A DNA stretch of 43,934 nucleotides from a virus. Its lineage: Duplodnaviria > Heunggongvirae > Uroviricota > Caudoviricetes. Below are positions 1 to 7,881 of the stretch, in pieces. The notes beneath the pieces were generated by a model. That model had not been told where the DNA came from. It saw nothing but the letters and a program-made list of their open reading frames with translations, and searched no databases. The translations under genes were made by a program, and so were the position numbers. The stretch lies in IMG/VR virus record IMGVR_UViG_3300024054_000549. One strand, 5' to 3'. Positions within the stretch are counted from its first letter, which is position 1, and every line of letters starts with the position of its first letter.

Positions 1-357
1 ACCAAAGAGCAATGCGACGAATACCTGGTGCGCATTCAAGACTTCTTGCGCGATGAGCTGCATCTGGAGCTGTCCAAATACACCATCGCGCCCACCACCA
101 AAGGCGTGAATTTTGTGGGCTACCGTACATGGGGCTCCAAGCGATTCATCCGCAAACACAGCCTTTTTAAGTTCACCAAGGCGGTCAAGGCTGGCCGCCT
201 GGATTCCGCCGTCTCCATCCTGGGGCACGCCCGCAGGACATGGAGCCTCAGTCACCTTGTCTCAACAATAAAGGAAATTAATCATGACATCTATCTTCTC
301 TTACCGCAAGCATATCGACGCAATCACCACCCGCGAACTGCGTCTGCCAGAGGGTGA
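1..357 (+). CDS. Reverse transcriptase, C-terminal fragment (5'-truncated by window edge), DGR-like
   Basis: Frame is open from base 1 (TKEQCDEYLVRIQDFLRDELHLEL...GVNFVGYRTW). GVNFVGYR matches RT motif 7 (GxxFLGY), followed by a basic thumb region. The YxDD motif would lie just upstream, outside the window. DGR subtype is pattern recognition only. Confidence 0.75.
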   Translation, partial: TKEQCDEYLVRIQDFLRDELHLELSKYTIAPTTKGVNFVGYRTWGSKRFIRKHSLFKFTKAVKAGRLDSAVSILGHARRTWSLSHLVSTIKEINHDIYLLLPQAYRRNHHPRTASARG

Positions 358-700
358 AAACCATCAGAAAATCGGCACAGAGCTGGCCACCATTAATGGC
401 GTTACTTATATCAGCCTGCCAGATGGCGCCACACTCCCAGCCGAACAACCCGCAGAGATTGCAGCCAGCATCGCGGATGTGATGCTGACACCGGAACTGC
501 GTGCCGCCATTTCTGATGCCAGCCCGCATGTGCGGCTGATCCGCCAGCGGGTGCAGGATCGGATCGCCGAGCGTTACTCGATGGCCGATGAGATCAAGCT
601 GCTGCGCACCCAACCATCGGCCGAGTTTGAGGTCTATAACGCCTATGCCGAGGATTGCCGCGCATGGGGTCGCGCAGAACGCGCCAAACTGGGTCTCTAA
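284..700 (+). CDS. Hypothetical phage protein (138 aa) downstream of the RT
   Basis: ATG with an AAGGA RBS embedded in the RT 3' end; overlaps the RT by 74 nt; same GC-rich composition as the RT. Confidence 0.7.
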   Translation: MTSIFSYRKHIDAITTRELRLPEGENHQKIGTELATINGVTYISLPDGATLPAEQPAEIAASIADVMLTPELRAAISDASPHVRLIRQRVQDRIAERYSMADEIKLLRTQPSAEFEVYNAYAEDCRAWGRAERAKLGL

Positions 701-780
701 CACATTGTATGCAAAGATGCATTTGTTAAAATGCTCAATACCTCATTAGAAATGAAAATTGAAACTGTTAAGGACTAATT

Positions 781-1020
781 ATGATTCCTCTGGATAAACA
801 GGCTCACTTTTTCTCCGGAGGAACTATTGCTGCTATGGCTCTCCCGTTTGGGTTAGCTGTAGCCGTAGTTGTTCTTGGAGTGGCTGCTTTCGGTAAAGAA
901 GTGTATGACAAGTTCCATCCTGAAAATCACACTGCTGATATTTGGGATGCTATAGCAACTCTGGCTGGAGGAGCATTGATAATTATTTGGCAATCTTTTG
1001 TGCCTGGATTATTAGTATAA
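781..1020 (+). CDS. Small membrane protein (79 aa), VanZ/YfiM-like
   Basis: AAGGA RBS. DKQAHF start, hydrophobic helices and KEVYD...D..AT..GG pattern are typical of this small membrane family. Confidence 0.6.
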   Translation: MIPLDKQAHFFSGGTIAAMALPFGLAVAVVVLGVAAFGKEVYDKFHPENHTADIWDAIATLAGGALIIIWQSFVPGLLV

Positions 1021-1113
1021 AAATGTAAGAATGAATCGAAATCAGATCAATTCTGATTTAATGATTTAGATTTAATGTTTTAATAATCTAATGATTTAAT
1101 AATCTAAAAATCT

Positions 1114-1140
1114 AAAAAGGAGCTTTATGCTCCTTTTTTT
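1114..1140. terminator. Bidirectional intrinsic terminator
   Basis: AAAAAGGAGC-tttat-GCTCCTTTTT hairpin with A and T tracts, between convergent gene blocks. Confidence 0.85.
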
Positions 1141-1411
1141 TAACGCTAAAGAAATTTAATTCAGACTGATGCAAGTTTTCGTGACTGGAGTTATTCTTTA
1201 GATCAGAATGAATAGAAGTTCTTGAAATGAAATGCTCAATCTGATCTGAGAATCATGATTCGAATCAAAGAATTCAGAAGAAAATTGAGAATTTCATTTC
1301 ATCGCATTATGTTATTATATAAAGAAGTTTTCTTTTCACTCTGATTTGATCAGAATATGAAAAAATGGTCAGATGATCTGAAGTTCTTTAACAGAATTTT
1401 TAATTCAGGTG

Positions 1412-2143
1412 TTATCCAGATGTTTTCATTCTATAAAGATAATCACTTATCGATTCATCTTGATCAGGGATAACTTCTGATTTTGAATAATAATCTTCCG
1501 GGACTTCATCATCTGGAATATTTTCTGGAATTTCTATCGATTGTATAATACCCTTAGGAAATACCTCTGGTTCGATAATATTTCTGGAATCAGTATTTAA
1601 TTCCGCTCGAAGTTCTATTTCCTTAGAATTTAGTTCAGATTCTCTTGTATTCAATGCTGATTCTCTTGCTGAAATATTCGATTCTCGAAAGTTCAATTCA
1701 GCTTCCTTCTGCACCAAAAAATCATTAAGTTCAAACGATGCATTTGATGCATTTAATGCATTTGATTCTGAACTGGATTCTTTGGCATTCAATTCAGATT
1801 CTCGGGTATTCAACGCTGATTCTTTGGCATTCAATTCAGATTCTCTTACTGAAATATTGGTTTCTTTGGTATTCAGTTCAGATTCTCTTGTATTCAATTC
1901 AGATTCTCTTACCGAGATATCAGATTCTTTGGCATTTAACGAATTAATCAAATTATTGAACTCTTCTGCTCGCCCAATTTGACCAATTTGTTCAATTTGA
2001 GCAACCTGCTCAATCTTAACAACATCAGAATTGCTTTCACGAGCATTTTTATACTGCATCGTTCGTTTATTCTGTCTATCTGGAACAGAGTGTTTCCTAG
2101 AATCTATACTGATTTCTATATTCTCAATTTTTCCTGTGATCAT
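1412..2143 (-). CDS. Heptad-repeat coiled-coil protein (243 aa)
   Basis: Repeated (L/I)(N/S)xx(E)(S/T)x heptads such as LNTRESE, LNAKESA, ISVRESE; acidic, proline-rich C-terminus. Confidence 0.75.
   Translation of the reverse strand: MITGKIENIEISIDSRKHSVPDRQNKRTMQYKNARESNSDVVKIEQVAQIEQIGQIGRAEEFNNLINSLNAKESDISVRESELNTRESELNTKETNISVRESELNAKESALNTRESELNAKESSSESNALNASNASFELNDFLVQKEAELNFRESNISARESALNTRESELNSKEIELRAELNTDSRNIIEPEVFPKGIIQSIEIPENIPDDEVPEDYYSKSEVIPDQDESISDYLYRMKTSG
1620..1935 (-). repeat. Imperfect 21-bp coding tandem repeat
   Basis: Units such as tattcaattcagattctcttg recur with 21-nt period and encode the heptads; interrupted once in the middle. Confidence 0.8.
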
Positions 2144-2182
2144 TTTTTTCTTTCTTTTAGTTCAAAGACTAATTCATCAAAT

Positions 2183-4459
2183 CTAGTCCCAATCATCCAA
2201 TGTTGATTTTTTGATGTTATTACTAATTATAGTTATTTTTTTACCTGAATTTTCAAATTTTCTCTTAAGATAATTCAAATCATCATTTAAATCTAGTTGG
2301 ACGAATAGAATACATTCGTTAGCATATTCGCACATTTGGTCATATATCTTTTTGTAAGCATTCTTTCCAAATAGTACTTCATCTGGTACGAATTCTTTAT
2401 TCTTTAGTTTATTGTTAAGAGCATAATTAGCTCCCATCAAATCTACACTGTAGTTAACGGAATTGATGATTTCTTTAGCTCCAGAAATTTCAATTCTTTT
2501 ATTCATTTCTTTTTCAAACAATTCTTCATTTGAAAAATCTTCTGAACCGTGAACTAAAATGGTGTACTCATTATGATCTTTAACAATGTTTTCGTTCCGA
2601 GATGTTAACTTAGCTTTGAATTTCTTAGATTTATCATTCTTAACTTCACCAAGCACTCGTTTATCGAAATGTGTAACAGGCACAGTTAAATCATCGTTTT
2701 TATTGATGTATTTATTAAGAATCCATGCTCTTGAATCTTTATTCAGTTCATGATCTTCTTGAGTAATATCAATTCTTTGAATTCCATAATCAAAAAATTC
2801 AATGTTCTCTTTTAGAAGATATTTATTCCGTTCCATTTCTTCAGAAATTCTGATGATTTTATCTTCAGGTAAATATGAAAGATATGTTCTCCAATCGATA
2901 GCCTTCGTTAGCATATTTTGATCGGATTCACCTAATTTCAGCAAATCTTTCATTACTTTATTATCAATTGTATCAGGAATTTCATTTCCCCAGATATAAT
3001 CGTAGTAATTACAGTTAAGTAACTTTGGCGCTGTTAGAATCTTAATGATCCTTGAATTATCCTTTGTGTACCTGTAGAATTTAAGAACATCAATAACTTC
3101 AGTTCGTTTAGGTTCACTTATATTATTTAGAATATTCCATTTTTTCAGGGTATTGAAATCAATACTTTGAATTTCTTTTATGATTTCCTGATCGTTTTTA
3201 TCTGAATCATTTAAAATTGGTGCTTTCATCATATCGATAATTGTTTCACCAATTGTTCGATCTTTATATTTGTCGAAGATATCATAATTTGTTATGTGAT
3301 GCCACCGTTGGAATCTCCATGATACAGAAGTAATATCTGGATGATTATGCATCAGCATATTTGATTTAGGCAATGTTCCTTCTTCGGCATAGAATGCTTC
3401 AGTATTTCCACCAGCCATCGTTTGCGTTCCCATTTTTCTAGATAAGAACGCATCGAATTGAATTGTACTATATCCTTCTTTTAAGGATCTGATACAAATA
3501 TCTACATCTTCGTTGTACCTTCCAGCCCATCTAAAATCGAGATCGTTCCTAATCAATAACCCAGAATAGATTTTTGTATTCGGGACATAAGGACGATCTT
3601 TCATTCCTGGAACTGCGAACATAGCATAATTTAAGCCAGCGATTCCTATGTTCTCATATCTATTAATGAAATCTTCGGCTGCTGCAAAAATTGTCCCATC
3701 AACAGCCTTGATACGCTGATCATCATTATAATACATGAAACCAAGAATGTTATCATCAAATATCCAATGAAATTTGGATTTTAGAACATTTTTAGAATGA
3801 TGCCAGACGAAGTTCCTAGCTGGTCCAGAACCCTTCGATCGTGATTCATCGAAATTCTCGATATATGTATCATATTCTTTCTTGAAATTCATATCTAATT
3901 TCAGAAGAATATCTTCACCATAAATCTTGGCGTAATCATTCCATTCTTGTTCCTCAATAACAATACGGAATGGAACTTCCATCTTAATTAGATGATCAGC
4001 TGTTATACATGTGCCAGAACGACCCTTACTTATGATGTAAATTGGGTACTGAGGTTTGGTCCTAGTTCCAAGTATTCGCGTTCTAACTGAACTCGTAAAA
4101 ATGTTCTCTTTATAATTAATAGAATTAGTTCGCGATGTTATATTCTGCTCAAGTAATTCACTTAGTTTTTCTGTACTGAATGAATTATCGAAATAGAATA
4201 GAATTTTAGCGAACTTTTCATTATCATTACTCTCAAATGGAGTAAGATTGATCCAATGTTTTTGCCATTCTTTCAGTTCACTCGGTTTTTCTTTCAAAGA
4301 ACGTTTAAATGTGAAGTCAATCGAATTCGCTCTGAGAAAAACTTCCTTCATATTAGGAAGGAGCTTATAATCATCTTTCCCATGAAATAGTTTATTCGAT
4401 AGATTGTTCAGACTTTCTTCGGACTTGAAATGAAGTAGTATTTTTCTCAGATTTTCCAT
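2183..4459 (-). CDS. TAGT/GREB1-like (GT-A) glycosyltransferase fused to a C-terminal YspA-type SLOG-like domain
   Basis: PIYIISKGR, GSGPARNF, HWIFDDN and RYNED match the TET-associated GT family. C-terminal ILVHGSEDF...DLMGANYA...FGKNAY...QMCEYA resembles YspA/DUF2493 SLOG. Start moved from TTG 4498 to ATG 4459, 17 nt after the ugd stop. Confidence 0.75.
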   Translation of the reverse strand: MENLRKILLHFKSEESLNNLSNKLFHGKDDYKLLPNMKEVFLRANSIDFTFKRSLKEKPSELKEWQKHWINLTPFESNDNEKFAKILFYFDNSFSTEKLSELLEQNITSRTNSINYKENIFTSSVRTRILGTRTKPQYPIYIISKGRSGTCITADHLIKMEVPFRIVIEEQEWNDYAKIYGEDILLKLDMNFKKEYDTYIENFDESRSKGSGPARNFVWHHSKNVLKSKFHWIFDDNILGFMYYNDDQRIKAVDGTIFAAAEDFINRYENIGIAGLNYAMFAVPGMKDRPYVPNTKIYSGLLIRNDLDFRWAGRYNEDVDICIRSLKEGYSTIQFDAFLSRKMGTQTMAGGNTEAFYAEEGTLPKSNMLMHNHPDITSVSWRFQRWHHITNYDIFDKYKDRTIGETIIDMMKAPILNDSDKNDQEIIKEIQSIDFNTLKKWNILNNISEPKRTEVIDVLKFYRYTKDNSRIIKILTAPKLLNCNYYDYIWGNEIPDTIDNKVMKDLLKLGESDQNMLTKAIDWRTYLSYLPEDKIIRISEEMERNKYLLKENIEFFDYGIQRIDITQEDHELNKDSRAWILNKYINKNDDLTVPVTHFDKRVLGEVKNDKSKKFKAKLTSRNENIVKDHNEYTILVHGSEDFSNEELFEKEMNKRIEISGAKEIINSVNYSVDLMGANYALNNKLKNKEFVPDEVLFGKNAYKKIYDQMCEYANECILFVQLDLNDDLNYLKRKFENSGKKITIISNNIKKSTLDDWD

Positions 4460-4476
4460 AATTTTAACAAAATGAT

Positions 4477-5646
4477 TTAGGCGTCGGAATTGAAACAATC
4501 ACGAGTATAACATTTAGAAAGGTAAGGCGTTAATTCTTGCTCAATTCGATTAGCAATAATAATATCAGACATTTCATTAAAATCTTCAATATTGTTAATC
4601 ACAGGAATTCCATTGAAATTTGTATCTTTATGAGCTGGCTCATAAATAATCACATCAATGTTTGATTTTCTGATCTCTGAAATGATATCGAAGATCGCTG
4701 ATTCCCTGAAATTATCAGATCCTGCTTTCATAATTAGTCTAAAGATTCCAACTGTTTTGGGATTCTTAGATAGAATTTGATTTGAAATAAAATTCTTCCT
4801 GATTGAATTAGATTGTACGATAGCTGAGATAATTGAATTAGGCGTGTCCTTAAAGTTAGCTAGTAACTGTTTTGTATCTTTAGGGAAACAATAACCGCCA
4901 TACCCAAATGATGGATTGTTATAATGTGTTCCTATACGATGGTCTAGCGATACACCTTTGATAATATCTGATGCATTCAATCCATTTAATTCAGCGTATG
5001 AATCTAATTCATTAAAGAATGACACGCGCATCGCTAAATATGAATTGGCAAATAGTTTAACTGCTTCAGCCTCGGTTGGTTCAGTCAATAGAACCTCAAT
5101 ATTATCTTTTCTAGCTCCTTCTTTAAGAAGATTAGCAAAAATCTTAGCTCGTTCAGATTTTTCTCCAACAATGATTCGATCAGGATAAAGATTATCTTTT
5201 AGAGCCGTTCCTTCTCGAAGGAATTCTGGACTGAAAATAACATTTGATACATTAAGTTTCTTCCGGGTTTCAAGAACATATCCAACAGGAATTGTGCTCT
5301 TAATAACAATTGTGCATGAAGGTGAGTACTTATTAGCATCCTTAATAACATGTTCGATCAAAGATGTATTAAAGTACTTCGTTTCGGGATTATAATCTGT
5401 TGGTACTGCAACCACAACATAATCAGCACCCGTGTATGCTTCTTCTTTGTTCAAAGTACTCTTTAGATTAAGTTCTCCAGATGCTAAAAATTCAGAGATT
5501 AATTCGTCCTCAATCGGAGAAATTCCAGAGTTGATTTTGTTCACCTTCTCTTGATTCACATCTAGCATTACAACTTTATTTTTCTGAGCTAATAGAACAG
5601 CAACAGAACTTCCAACATACCCACTTCCAACAACAGCGATTTTCAT
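4477..5646 (-). CDS. ugd: UDP-glucose 6-dehydrogenase
   Basis: GSGYVG Rossmann motif, KSTIP, SPEFLREG, catalytic GYGGYCFPKD, SDNFRES; 389 aa like bacterial Ugd. Confidence 0.95.
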   Translation of the reverse strand: MKIAVVGSGYVGSSVAVLLAQKNKVVMLDVNQEKVNKINSGISPIEDELISEFLASGELNLKSTLNKEEAYTGADYVVVAVPTDYNPETKYFNTSLIEHVIKDANKYSPSCTIVIKSTIPVGYVLETRKKLNVSNVIFSPEFLREGTALKDNLYPDRIIVGEKSERAKIFANLLKEGARKDNIEVLLTEPTEAEAVKLFANSYLAMRVSFFNELDSYAELNGLNASDIIKGVSLDHRIGTHYNNPSFGYGGYCFPKDTKQLLANFKDTPNSIISAIVQSNSIRKNFISNQILSKNPKTVGIFRLIMKAGSDNFRESAIFDIISEIRKSNIDVIIYEPAHKDTNFNGIPVINNIEDFNEMSDIIIANRIEQELTPYLSKCYTRDCFNSDA

Positions 5647-6497
5647 TTCATTTCCTTTTTCAAATTTTCAATATAATCTTTTAAATTGTATTCAGCGCAC
5701 CAACCGAGTCGTTTAGTTCTCTCAGTAATAACGGGAGCTGACATTCTATTGCCCTTCCGTTCTGGTAACATTTCATAATCAGAACCGAACATTTCAGCTA
5801 TTTCAATTATAGAATATGATTTATCGTCACCTATGCCATATTCATCTCCATCTCCGTGCTCACCAATAAGAACAAGAGCATTAACCGTATCATTAACATG
5901 TGTAAAATTCCTTCTTTGTGTGCCTGGTGAAACTACTCCAAATTTTTCTGATTTTCTTAATTTCTCTGCAAATAAAGCAATAAGGGTGCTGTACGGCCCA
6001 GTTTTTATTTCATTCTTGCCGTAAACATTATAAAAATACGCTATTGCATATTTTAAGTTGAACCATTTCCCATAATTCTTTACTAATTCGGTATTGGATG
6101 ATTTTGACCAAGCATATGGTGATTCTGAAGCATTCGTTCCTGAATCACCAAATTTCGTACTGCTCCCTGCATAGATCAATTTAGAATCATTTACCCTGGC
6201 GAACTCAAGAACCTTAGAAGTTCCATTTTTATTGAACTCTAAAACTTGTTCAATATCTAAAAAACTTTGCTCAACCCTTGAGTACTCACCTAAATGGTAA
6301 ATAAGATCAGGTTTAAAATGAACCTTTTGAAAAATATCTACAGTTGACCCATAAATGTATTGAACTCCGGGAACATGATTATCTCTCGACCCAGTGAAAT
6401 AATTATCAAGCGAAACAACATCATGCCCAAGTTCATTTAATCTTTCACACAAATTAGACCCAATGAAGCCAGCACCACCAGTAACTAAAATTTTCAT
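5643..6497 (-). CDS. NAD-dependent nucleotide-sugar epimerase/dehydratase (extended SDR)
   Basis: TGGAGFIGS, YAWSK (YxxxK), YNVYG, RNFTHVND; 4-nt overlap with ugd. Confidence 0.9.
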   Translation of the reverse strand: MKILVTGGAGFIGSNLCERLNELGHDVVSLDNYFTGSRDNHVPGVQYIYGSTVDIFQKVHFKPDLIYHLGEYSRVEQSFLDIEQVLEFNKNGTSKVLEFARVNDSKLIYAGSSTKFGDSGTNASESPYAWSKSSNTELVKNYGKWFNLKYAIAYFYNVYGKNEIKTGPYSTLIALFAEKLRKSEKFGVVSPGTQRRNFTHVNDTVNALVLIGEHGDGDEYGIGDDKSYSIIEIAEMFGSDYEMLPERKGNRMSAPVITERTKRLGWCAEYNLKDYIENLKKEMK

Positions 6498-6540
6498 ATA
6501 TTTCCTTTGTGAAATATTCTATATCTAGATTATTTAAAAA

Positions 6541-7686
6541 TTACCAATCTAACGATTGAATTTTACTACGGTTGTTGAATTTTGTTATTGCGTTGTTCAG
6601 AATTGTTGAAATTCTTGATTTATATTTTTCTTTGCCCATTTGGGTCTCAGCAGCATTTGCTAATTCCTGACGTTCTGATAATGTCATATTCTTAAATACT
6701 GATACAGCATTTAAGAAATCTGATTTTGTTTTGATGAGTTTTAAGTACTTATGGTACTCTTTTGGAAGCATTTCGAGAGCTGGATGACCATTTTTATCTT
6801 TAAGTATTAAAGGTACACCTCTACTTAGAGATTCTAAAGATGTTATTGTAAATGTATCTGGATAATTACCAACAAACGTTACTTCTGATTTACCAATATT
6901 ATCCATAATCTCAGAATGATTAACATCTAATTCAATATCCTTCGAGTACTTATTTAATGCGTTAAGAACGTACTCATCTTGCTGATCTTTACTTTGATGT
7001 CCAAGAGTACTATAAGTTTTGACATTTCTTCCAGATCCTTCAAGATATATATTAATTAGAAATGTATCTTTTCCCTTAGATGCCGCTGAAACGTGTCTTA
7101 TGAATCCATCTGATTCTTGAACGGTAGTTTTTTCACAGTATTGAGGATAAAAAATTTCATCTGGAACGATACCGTCGAAATTCCATTCTGATCTTTTAGT
7201 ACTGTAGTATTTTATTATTCCAGCTTTATGGTATTCTGAAACAGCACAAAATGTACATCCATGTGTACTCACCATTTCATTAAGAAGATTAGCATTCAAA
7301 AAATCAGTCCAAAACCCAGGCATTGAATGAAGAACATAAACAATGGGAATATTCAGGTTTAATAATTCTTTATAGAATTTACTGAACTCATAATTGCTTA
7401 TGATAACATCTGGTTTAAATTTATGAATGTCGTTAATTATTTTCTTTTCAATGCTGCTCTTATGAGTTCTTGAAAATGATTTGATATCTTTTACATTATG
7501 ATTCACATAATAATCGATACCTGAGAAATCTTGATCAAGATCTGTGAATGCTGAGAACATTCTTACATCATGACCCATTTCTTTTAAGATATTGAATTGA
7601 GTTAATGCCGCAACATCGATCCCAGATACTCTTTTTTCCCTAGAAAAAAATGTTTTCCTGGAATAAGTTAAAATATATATTTTCAT
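6541..7686 (-). CDS. GT-B fold glycosyltransferase (GT4-like)
   Basis: N-terminal SG...LKEMGHDV and C-terminal DTFTITSLESLSRGVPLI, a variant of the ExFGxxxxEAxxxGxP donor-binding motif. Confidence 0.8.
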   Translation of the reverse strand: MKIYILTYSRKTFFSREKRVSGIDVAALTQFNILKEMGHDVRMFSAFTDLDQDFSGIDYYVNHNVKDIKSFSRTHKSSIEKKIINDIHKFKPDVIISNYEFSKFYKELLNLNIPIVYVLHSMPGFWTDFLNANLLNEMVSTHGCTFCAVSEYHKAGIIKYYSTKRSEWNFDGIVPDEIFYPQYCEKTTVQESDGFIRHVSAASKGKDTFLINIYLEGSGRNVKTYSTLGHQSKDQQDEYVLNALNKYSKDIELDVNHSEIMDNIGKSEVTFVGNYPDTFTITSLESLSRGVPLILKDKNGHPALEMLPKEYHKYLKLIKTKSDFLNAVSVFKNMTLSERQELANAAETQMGKEKYKSRISTILNNAITKFNNRSKIQSLDW

Positions 7687-7722
7687 GTTTGTATTTTAAT
7701 ATACAATGAATTAAATTCTGTA

Positions 7723-7881
7723 CTATTTTTGGTCTTTACATTCTTTACAATCAATCACATTATGTTTTTTGCATGGCTTTGGTCGTTTAACTAAATCTAA
7801 TTTAGTTGTAACTGTGGCTATATCACCAGATGTTGTTTCTTCTGACAATTCTTTCAGGAAATTTTTGAAATTTTTAATCAT
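7723..7881 (-). CDS. Small Cys/His-rich protein (52 aa), not in the ORF track
   Basis: Hand translation: MIKNFKNFLKELSEETTSGDIATVTTKLDLVKRPKPCKKHNVIDCKECKDQK. ATGA overlap with the upstream stop; C-x2-H-x4-C-x2-C pattern. Confidence 0.65.
   Translation of the reverse strand: MIKNFKNFLKELSEETTSGDIATVTTKLDLVKRPKPCKKHNVIDCKECKDQK

Noticed and set aside
278-703. Minus-strand 141-aa ORF
   Set aside because: It is an antisense shadow of the GC-rich 284-700 gene, which has the RBS and a coherent context.
1098-1116. Exact 19-mer AATAATCTAAAAATCTAAA also found at 43377-43395
   Set aside because: It is low-complexity AT sequence, one copy overlaps a stop codon, and the two contexts differ; compatible with chance.
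1412-1470. C-terminal QDESISDYLYRM resembling a retroelement Gag motif
   Set aside because: It is a short isolated match with no Gag, protease or integrase context; proximity to the RT is likely coincidental.
1738-2206. Plus-strand ORFs 1738-1947, 1782-1982 and 1979-2206
   Set aside because: Stop-free shadows created by the 21-bp repeat and by AT-rich antisense sequence.
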